Notes under the pieces: generated by a model
What the model was told of the DNA's origin: nothing
Seen by the model: the letters and a program-made list of their open reading frames with translations, nothing else
The model's database searches: none
Made by a program: the position numbers and the translations under genes
Part shown: positions 37,401 through 47,541 of the stretch, piece by piece
How the letters are laid out: every line of letters begins with the position of its first letter
How positions within the stretch are numbered: the stretch's first letter is position 1
From: Macrostomum lignano
Taxonomy: Eukaryota
DNA: 64,000 bases
Reading direction: 5' to 3'
Assembly (NCBI GenBank): GCA_002269645.1
Contig: NIVC01000731.1
Span: 248,001 to 312,000 of the forward strand

Positions 37401-38560
37401 TCTATCGGATTATCTAGCTACTAGTCTATAGGAGGGGTGAGTCAGCTACAAATCTATCGGATTATCTAGCTACTAATCAATCGGATTATCTAGCTACTAA
37501 TCTATAGGATTATCTAGCTACTAATCTATCGAATTATCTAGCTACTAATCTATCGGATTATCTAGCTACTAATCTATCGGATTATCTAGCTACTAATCTA
37601 TCAGATTATCTAGCTACTAGTCTATCGGGTTATCTAGCTACTCATCTATAGGATTGTCTAGCTACTCATCTATCAGATTATCTAGCTACTAATTTAACGT
37701 ATTATCTAGCTACTAATCTATCGGATTATCTAGCTACTCATCTATCAGATTATCTAGCTACTAATCTATCAGATTATCTAGCTACTCATCTATCGGATTA
37801 TCTAGCTACTAATCTATCGGATTATCTAGCTACTAATCTATCAGATTATCTAGCTACTAGTCTATCGGGTTATCTAGCTACTCATCTATCAGATTATCTA
37901 GCTACTAATCTATCGGATTATCTAGCTACTCATCTATAGGATTGTCTAGCTACTAATCTATCGGATTATCTAGCTACTAATCTATCAGATTATCTAGCTA
38001 CTAGTCTATCGGGTTATCTAGCTACTCATCTATAGGATTGTCTAGCTACTAATTTAACGTATTATCTAGCTACTCATCTATCAGATTATCTAGCTACTCA
38101 TCTATCGGATTATCTAGCTACTAATCTATCGGATTATCTAGCTACTAATCTATCGGATTATCTAGCTACTAATCTATCGGATTATCTAGCTACTAATCTA
38201 TCAGATTATCTAGCTACTAATTTAACGTATTATCTAGCTACTCATCTATCGGATTATCTAGCTACTCATCTATCGGATTATCTAGCTACTCATCTACCGG
38301 ATTATCTAGCTACTAATCTATCAGATTATCTAGCTACTAGTCTATCGGATTATCTAGCTACTCATCTATCAGATTATCTAGCTACTAATCTATCGGATTA
38401 TCTAGCTACTAGTCTATAAGATTATCTAGCTACTAATCTATCGGATTATCTAGCTACTAATCTATCGGATTATCTAGCTACTAGTCTATAGGATTATCTA
38501 GCTACTCACCTATCGGATTATCTAGTTACTAACCTATCGGATTATCTATCTAGCTAGCTA
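34422..38560. repeat. 24-bp satellite (TCTATCGGATTATCTAGCTACTAA)n, about 4.1 kb, with higher-order duplication
   Basis: Tandem repeats; diagnostic variant GCCTATCTAGTCTT at 34537, 34909, 35137, 35605, 35833 and 36181. Confidence 0.98.
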
Positions 38561-38934
38561 GCATATCGATTACGAGTGAGTTTGAAATCCAGCAGACTAT
38601 CCAGCTACCAAACCTTTGAAAAATTTACCTACTAATTCAACTAATCCAGATAGTAAGGCGTTATATCCGGACAATAAATCTTTTTGAAAACAGATTTTTA
38701 GTCTTTTGTAAGCTTGTTTTTCTTAACCTGATTTATGAACATCAGAAATATCTCTCGGAATGTCCGGGACCCTCCTTTGCTCGCAGCCAGAATAGTGCGG
38801 AATCCCATTGTTTGATGATGGGCAGGAAACATCGGCAGGGCAGTTGATGGCGGCTTGCTCTGCTGTCTGAGGCCAGTCGAAACTGAACTTGCGACAATAC
38901 CTGGGCAAAAATTTCTTTCTATGAAAGCCTTATG

Positions 38935-39460
38935 ACCACCACTAGCTGTCTATGACCCCCACTAGCTGTCTATGACCCCACTAGCTGTCTATTACCCCAC
39001 TAGCTGTCTATGATCCCACTAGCTGTCTTTGACCTCCAATAGTTCTCTATGATCCCACTAGCTGTCTATGACCCCCACTAGCTGTCTATAACTCCCACCA
39101 GCTGTCTATGACCCCCACTAGCTGTCTATGACCCCCACCAGCTGTCTACAACGCCCACCAGCTGTCTATGACCCCCACCAGCTGTCTATGACCCCCACTA
39201 GCTGTCTATGACCCCACTAGCTGTCTATTACCCCACTAGCTATCTATGACTCCGCTAGCTGTCTATGACTCCACTAGCTGTCTATGACCCCCACTAGCTG
39301 TCTATGACCCCACTAGATATCTATGACCACACTAGCTGTCTATTACCCCACTAGCTATCTATGACCCCACTAGCTGTCTATGACCCCACTAGCTGTCTAG
39401 CTATCTATGACCCCACTAGCTGTCTATGACCCAAGTACAGCTGCCTATGACCCCAGTAGC
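38935..39460. repeat. About 20-bp minisatellite (CTATGACCCCCACTAGCTGT)n
   Basis: Tandem repeats. Confidence 0.95.
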
Positions 39461-40022
39461 AGTTTATTGCCCGCTACGAGTAGAATATAGAATATAGAAG
39501 AACATGGCAATGTTATAAGCAGGCTGTTATGAAAGCTCAAAAGTGGAACTAATTAAATAATAAGATTATTGACAAAGCAAATACTAATAAGATTCACATC
39601 AAAAGTGAAGCCAGTGCAATACCTGAGCAGCAAGTATCCCAGCTTGGCCGTATAATATGCAACAATTTGTTTTTTCAAGCGCATGCGGTCAGAAACTCGA
39701 CCTGAAGCCTCATCAGTGACTGCCTAACATTGGGTGAAATTTTCATTAAATTCAGGAGCTTCACAACATCAATCTCATTATGTCGTGTTTTTTTACTTGA
39801 TTAATTTTTTATCGTGCTCTGAATACTCTACTTGTCAGTAGAACTGTTTGAAAAAAAAATGCCTAAAATGTAGACGATAATTAAATTATTCGGTGCCGAT
39901 TAAACTGAGCTCATCAGTCAGTTTCCAGTGTATTATTTTGAACAAGCAGAAGAGGTGGCAGATTCTAGGATAGAAGGGAAACTAAAAAACAGTTTGCACA
40001 CTGACAAGGTCAAGACAGGCTG

Positions 40023-43000
40023 TCAATTGAAACCGTCATAGTCGGAGTTCTCCCGCTGCTGGGGCTGCTGCTTCAGCCGGTTGTCCAGCCTGTTGCCCTC
40101 GGCCAGGCTGCGGAAGTGCTGCGAGTTGGCGAAGGTCGAGTAGAGGGTGAACAGCACGTGCAGGGACTGCACCCGGCTCTTGTAGACTGGGATGTCCAGC
40201 AGGCCTGCGAGGGGGAGCAGAGGGATGCCAGTTGCTAAGGCGAAAAAGGCGGCTTATCTTAGTGTTAGCGTCTCTGTACCATGTGTTAGCATCCCTGTAC
40301 ACCTAGCATTAGCGTCCCTGCACACCCTCCGTTAGCGTCCCTGCACACCCTCCGTTAGCGTCCCTGTAAAACCTGTGTTAGCGTTCTGTACAACCTGTGT
40401 TAGCGTCCCTGTACAACCTGTGTTAGCGTCCTGTACAACCTGTGTTTGCGTCCTGTACAACCTGTGTTAGCGTCCTGTACACCCAGCATTAGCGTCCCTG
40501 CACACCCTCCGTTAGCGTCCTGTAAACCTTGCGTTAGCGTCCCTGTACAACCTGTGTTAGCGTCCCTGTACAACCTGCGTTAGCGTCCCTGTACAACCTG
40601 TGTTAGCGTCCCTGTACAACCTCCGTTAGCGTCCCTGTACAACCTGTGTTAGCGTCCCTGTACAACCTCCGTTAGCGTCCCTGTACAACCTGTGTTAGCG
40701 TCCCTGTACAACCTCCGTTAGCGTCCTGTAAACCTTGCGTTAGCGTCCTGTACAACCTGTGTTAGCGTCCCTGTACAACCTGTGCTAGCATCCTGTACAC
40801 CCTGCGTTAGCGTCCTGTACAACCTGTGTTAGCGTCCTGTACAACCTGTGTTAGCGTCCCTGTACAACCTGTGTTAGCGTCCCTGTACAACCTGCGTTAG
40901 CGTCCCTGTACAACCTGTGTTAGCGTCCCTGTACAACCTGTGTTAGCGTCCCTGTACAACCTGCGTTAGCGTCCCTGTACAACCTGTGTTAGCGTCCCTG
41001 TACAACCTGTGTTAGCGTCCCTGTACAACCTGTGTTAGCGTCCCTGTACAACCTGCGTTAGCGTCCCTGTACAACCTGTGTTAGCGTCCCTGTACAACCT
41101 GTGTTAGCGTCCCTGTACAACCTGCGTTAGCGTCCCTGTACAACCTGTGTTAGCGTCCCTGTACAACCTGTGTTAGCGTCCCTGTACAACCTGTGTTAGC
41201 GTCCCTGTACAACCTCCGTTAGCGTCCTGTAAACCTTGCGTTAGCGTCCTGTACAACCTGTGTTAGCGTCCCTGTACAACCTGTGCTAGCATCCTTTACA
41301 CCCTGCGTTAGCGTCCTGTACAACCTGTGTTAGCGTCCTGTACAACCTGTGTTAGCGTCCCTGTACAACCTGTGTTAGCGTCCCTGTACAACCTGCGTTA
41401 GCGTCCCTGTACAACCTGTGTTAGCGTCCTGTACAACCTGTGTTAGCGTCCCTGTACAACCTGTGCTAGCATCCTGTACACCCTGCGTTAGCGTCCTGTA
41501 CAACCTGTGTTAGCGTCCTGTACAACCTGTGTTAGCGTCCCTGTACAACCTGTGTTAGCGTCCCTGTACAACCTGCGTTAGCGTCCCTGTACAACCTGTG
41601 TTAGCGTCCCTGTACAACCTGTGTTAGCGTCCCTGTACAACCTGTGCTAGCATCCTGTACACCCTGTGTTAGCGTCCTTTACAACCTGTGTTAGCGTCCT
41701 GTACAACCTGTGTTAGCGTCCTGTACAACCTGCGTTAGCGTCCCTGCACACCGTGTGTTAGCGTCCTGTACACCCTGCGTTAGCGTCCTGTGCATCGTGT
41801 GTTAGCGTCCTGTACACCCTGCGTTAGCGTCCTGTGCACCGTGTGTTCTAGCGTCCTGTGGTCCGCACCTGAGTGCCCCTGTGTTTATACAGGTTGTTCA
41901 AGCACCCATGAGCCACCCAATCGCAACCCACCACAGACGATGTCGCAGAAGGCGGGCAGGTCGCACTCCAGATCCGAGGTGGGCAGCCCGACCTCCTTAA
42001 GCAGCTCCTCAATCTCGGGCGGCCACTCGCTCATGAGCTGCTCAATGTCGGGCATGGGCTTGGTGTAGTTCACCGTTGGCGGCTGCTTGTGCTTGTGCAG
42101 CTCCGAGATGCTGGAGATCCATTTTTCAATTGCGTGCGGATTCCGTTCGGCGTTTTCCACCCGGGACACCTGCGTCTTCTTGGACACCAGCAGCTTGCCG
42201 ACAGCGCGCAGCTGCAGGTCCAGCACGGTGGGGTCGGACTGGCTGGCGCACGGCTCGTCCAGCATCCGCAGGCCCAGCTGGTCCGGCTTCGAGTCCGGCC
42301 GCGGCACCTTGATGAAGGCGTCGATGTCGCCCACGGCCGGGATGAAGTCCGGGATGAACGGCTTGAGGCGGTGGTCCAGCTCGATGTGCTGCGGCGTGTA
42401 GCGCTTGATGTAGTCGAACAGCTCGGCGAACTCCGGGTGGCTGGCGCTCACGTCCCTGTAGTCCTCGGGGTTGTACGCGCCCTCGATCGGCTGCGTGTCG
42501 TCCTCCTCAGATTCCTCACCGCTCTCGGAGCCGCTCTCGTCATCGTCCTCCTCCTCGGTTGGCGAGCGGGCCGGAGCTCGCGGCTGCTGCTGCGGCTGCT
42601 GCTGCTGTCGGTGATGGGGATGGTGATGGTGATGGTGATGGTGATGGGGATGGTGATGGTGATGGTGATGGGGATGGTGATGGTGATGGTGATGGTGATG
42701 GTGATGGGGAGGTGATGGGGATGGTGATGGGGATGGTGATGGGGATGGTGATGGTGATGGGGATGGTGATGGTGATGGGGATGGTGATGGGGATGGTGAT
42801 GGTGATGGGGATGGTGATGGTGATGGGGATGGTGATGGGGATGGTGATGGTGATGGGGAGCTGATGGGGATGGTGATGGGGATGGTGATGGTGATGGTGA
42901 TGGGGATGGTGATGGGGATGGTGATGGTGATGGGGAGCTGGTGGGGATGGTGATGGGGATGGTGATGGTGATGGTGATGGGGATGGTGATGGGGATGGTG

Positions 43001-45400
43001 ATGGTGATGGGGATGGTGATGGGGATGGTGATGGTGATGGGGAGCTGATGGGGATGGTGATGGGGATGGTGATGGTGATGGTGATGGGGATGGTGATGGT
43101 GATGGGGATGGTGATGGGGATGGTGATGGTGATGGGGATGGTGATGGGGATGGTGATGGGGATGGTGAGGGTGGTGATGGTGATGGTGATGGTGATGGTG
43201 ATGGTGATGGAGATGGTGAGGGTGGTGATGGTGATGGTGATGGTGATGGTGATGGTGATGGTGATGGTGATGGTGATGGTGATGGTGATGGTGATGGTGA
43301 TGGGGAGGTGATGGGGATGGTGATGGTGATGGTGATGGTGATGGGGAGGTGATGGGGATGGTGATGGGGATGGTGATGGTGATGGTGATGGTGATGGTGA
43401 TGGTGATGGTGATGGGGATGGTGATGGGGATGGTGATGGTGATGGTGATGGTGATAGTGATGGTGATGGTGCTTGAGATAATGCGTCTGTTCCCTAAACC
43501 TCTGCATTCCTCTAGAAATGAACTCTCCCATCCCCTCCTTGATCCGGCCGTGCAGCTGCCGCAGCTCACCATTCTCTGAGACCTTCCGCTGCCGCTGTCC
43601 TCCGAGCCGGGCCTGAGATGCTGCTGCTGCTGCCGACTGTCTGGAGTTCGACCCGGTCCTGCGGGAGGCGGCGGCGGGTGCCTGAGGACTTTCAGCCGGG
43701 CGGGGGTCCGCAGCTGCTGCTCGCCGAACCACAGGTGGGGCTGGTCGGGAAGCTGCGACATCGAAGCGATGGGGATTTGGGAAGTTGGAAAAGCAGCTGA
43801 CCCCCCTGGGGAGGACTGGCCTCGGTATTATACCTTAGTGGCTCAGCTTCGTCTTGCCCAGCCCCTCCTATAGGCAAGGTGTGCAGTGCGGACTGCGGAG
43901 CTCGTTAGGGAACCTGCGGAGGGAAGGGGGAGAGGTTCGGGCTCGGGGAGCCTCAGCCTGGGATCCCCTTTCCCCTCGGGTAGGGAGCTCGGGCTGAGCG
44001 GGAAGAGCAGGAAGGAATTGAGGAGAAGGTCTTCTAGGCTCATAATAATTGTGTGGCATTTGAGTCACGGGGGGGGGGTTGCGTGCTCAAGGCAGCTGCT
44101 GCTCAGGCCCGATTAATTAATGCTGGAAAGTGGCAAGGGCAATCGGGGGGGGGGGCAACAGTTGTGGATAGCGGCAGCAATTTGTGCAAGATTTATGCTC
44201 AGAGTTAAGCAAATTAAGTGCAAGATTTGCATCGCAGTGCGAGAAGCATAATTACGTTGAGGTACTAACGATACTACTGAAGACAGCAATATAGTAGTGT
44301 ATTATGTTTGGGTAAGCAGTAATTTGTTCAGGCAGAGTAAACTAAAGGAAATAGTCTTACTGAACGATGGCACTCGGGGTGTGGCTATATCCTCAGTGTC
44401 GGGAATATCAATGGACTCGTCGTAGGGTTTGTTACTGTGCAAGTTTTCCTGTGAAATTCGGTCATGAATTTAGCGAATATAGCGATAAGCAACGCAGCTG
44501 TTTAAAGCGAGGTTAAATACAACTACGTGATACAGAAATCATTGAGTAAAAATCCGTTGAATACATTTTTTATATTGCAAGGCAATTTGTGAGCTAATTG
44601 CTGCTGATTACGAGTAAATTCAAATCAATTTTTCGTTATACAAAATATGTTTAATATTGTTAAGAAATTATTGGATTAGCAGTTGAGTTCAATCTATTGA
44701 AAAACACGACGCGCTTTTAAAGAACCTCCTTCCAGTAAAACCTCCTGCTTACCTACTCCTCCTATTCTCGGAGTTGGCTCATATGTACTGTCTATATCTT
44801 CTGGGTCGGAGACTTGCAACGACTCATCAAATGGCTGATTGTGGAAAATGGACTTGTTCTGGGGGAAGTTTTAAATTTAACACAATCTTTAGATTGAAAT
44901 GCTAAGTTAAGACAATATGAATTGAATCGGAGATTGTATTCGTTGTTAACTTAAAAACATGCGTTCTGTTAAGAATATCGTATGGTGTATAAATTACCCG
45001 GAATACTTATAAAAATCGGCTTGAAAATTTATATCCCATTTACGTATCGTACGTAGATGTATAGTGTCCAGGAAAGACATAGTGAATAATCTACCATCAG
45101 TTCATATGAACACAGAAAAATAATCAGGCAAAAAGCTACACGTCCTACTTAATAAATCATTTATTTTATCATTCATAAATTATACAACGTTTTTTAAAGC
45201 TGACAATGTAAGTCAAAGAGATATGGGGGGTATCTCTTTTCTCTTATCAATGGGGAATTCTTCTTAGTTTAAAATGAGACAAAGGTTCAAGTCACCCGTA
45301 CGAGTGAATTATTGCTTAAGTAAAATAGTATAAACAAGGAAATGATTTAAAAAAGGCACTCAAGACTTACAGCCCCTTGTCTCTCCTCGTCGGAGTCCAT
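40023..45400 (-). CDS. IFT46: Intraflagellar transport protein 46; exons 45400-45371, 44858-44753 OR 44448-44361, a region at 43.87-43.57 kb (acceptor uncertain, donor 43570), 42604-41932, 40204-40023
   Basis: Core EGAYNPEDY...[25 protein letters not shown]...[16 protein letters not shown]...[13 protein letters not shown], and last exon [30 protein letters not shown], match the IFT46 family. First exon is [10 protein letters not shown]|GTAAGT; NQP(F/Y)DES N-terminal motif present; splice phases consistent. Confidence 0.92.
40280..41850. repeat. 21-23-bp minisatellite (GTTAGCGTCCCTGTACAACCTGT)n filling the last IFT46 intron
   Basis: Tandem repeats between the exon ending 41932 and the acceptor at 40205. 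Confidence 0.97.
42611..43471. repeat. (GATGGT/GATGGG)n hexamer repeat in an IFT46 intron
   Basis: Lies between donor GTGAGC (43569) and acceptor CAG (42605) on the minus strand. Confidence 0.95.
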
Positions 45401-47541
45401 GCAGGCGCACAGAAAAATCTCAGCTATGCGAAATTAAAAAGGAGGAAACTCTTTTTAAATAGTCTTAAGCAATACAATATTGATTTTATTATCAGTTTTA
45501 AAAACTTTTAATACATTTTTTTGTATTAAATTGAGCAAAAACGTAAATTTTAAACTTAATATTTCACTAGCTTTGTTTAAAAATAATAAACTTTCAAATT
45601 CTTGATGAAGAATGTGCTTCGTGCTTTTATTTCTTCTTTTTATTTCTTTTTATTTCTTCGAAAGACCCGTCGGCCGTGTTGTGTGGACGTGGTGGTAAAA
45701 TAAATCAGGCACGGATCCAGAAATGTTTTTAGGGAAGGGATGCAAGCTATACTAAGCAATGCAACCCAATAGTGGACAATAGACTTGGTATATTGTCTGG
45801 CCCACAATCAATATGACCCACATTTTTTGGCTGTGGCTGAGGGGGGCTGGGGGAGCCTTTTATTGATTTAAGCCTTAGACCTATATTTATAAATCATATT
45901 TAACATTCAAGTTTAAGTGCAGATCTAGAAAAAAGTATATAGGATTGAAAACAGCTAACTAGGTCATTTTAAAAGCAGTAGGGCCTATAAAGTATAATAG
46001 GTGAACAATTGTAAAATAAGTAAAAAATTGGCTTGGCTAGGCCTATAATTATAAAAATTAAAATTATATATATATAAGAACATTTTTGCCTTACTACAAG
46101 TGCAAATTATAGGGGCCTAGCCTCTTTCCTAGATGGCCTTTAAGATTTGACACCATAGTTCTTTTAGAACTTAGTTGCTATTGTTTAATTAATAGAATAT
46201 TTTGGGCTAAATACATTGTTTATTATAATCCCTATAGGCCTATCTCTTGCTAAAACCTAAACTAAATTTCTTAGGAATATACACATAAGTCTATATGTAA
46301 AAATACATGTTCTTAAATCATTTTGATATATAGAAAAGTGGCAAACTAGTTAGGTAGTTTTTTTTCAAGTGACAGCAAAACATTATATTCTATTTCCAAA
46401 AACCTTTTGTAATAAACCTAGAATAGAGAGATTGTAATAATAAATAGTAAGATCTATGGTTTCTATAGAAATACATTGCAAAGATAGGAAAATATGCCTT
46501 TAGTTTAAGTTTATGCATTTAATTAGGTAAGAAGCATCTAGAAATATATTGAAACCAAATTTGATAATGTGATAATATAAAAATATACCTTTAATAATAA
46601 ATAAACTTTTATCTGCAATTCAAAAATCATGTTTCTATTGGAAAAGTATTGGATACTAATCTTATTAAGGTTCTTCCTAGCACGAAATGTTTTGATCAAT
46701 AATACTAGAGGCCTAATCTCTTTTATTAATCTCTTACATATTTTACAAGTTATAATATATAAATGCATTAACTTTTATAGTGCTTCAAATAGTTTAATAA
46801 TTATAAAAAAACACCTTAAAATAACGCAACTATCAAAATTCTTGCAATAGTATCTTTGCTATATAATGCAAGAAGATAATACATGGGTCTAGAATTGCAT
46901 AGACAGAGGTAGTAAGTTGCTTATAATGGCAAATGTAGCATATATATAATAGACATGACATGATGTAATAAAAAATAGCATTTTTTAGTAGGCCTAGTAT
47001 AATGTAGCAAAATTGTGGCATATAGGTACATCAAGGCATAAATCAACTATTTTTTACAATTGTATTTATTAAAAGGTTCTTAGCATATTAAGGCAATGTG
47101 TTAAAGTTTCCCCAACTAATACTAAGGTCATTTTGCCTATTCTACTGACTGTTAAACATAAGCAAGTGCATAAATGTAGAAAGACTTAAAATAATATATT
47201 ATAGTATATGTCTATGATGCTTATATTAGATACAATGGCTAGGTCTATATATATAATCAAATTTATTATCTGAGTTTGTCATGTTATAAGCATAGAAAAT
47301 TTTAGCTTAGATTCTATTTTTTTAGCTTAGCAATATCACTTTTGTTGATTTGTTTTTTAAAACTTTGTGTTTAAAGTAAAAATATAGCTGTCATCATTTT
47401 TCAAAGATAACAAATAAGGTTCCTTTTCATATATATTTTCTAATCAATTTGTATTAACTTGTGATTATAGGAATGTGACTTGCTGTATATTTCACTAAAG
47501 TTTTCAATCTGAACTTTGAACCCCGCCCCCTCCAGCTGCTC

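Noticed and set aside
41885-43761. 615-aa and 437-aa ORFs with huge His/Ser-Pro/Ile-Thr tracts
   Set aside because: The tract is a stop-free (CATCAC/CATCCC)n repeat bounded by a GTGAGC donor (43569) and a CAG acceptor (42605). It is intronic, and the apparent residues switch with repeat slippage.
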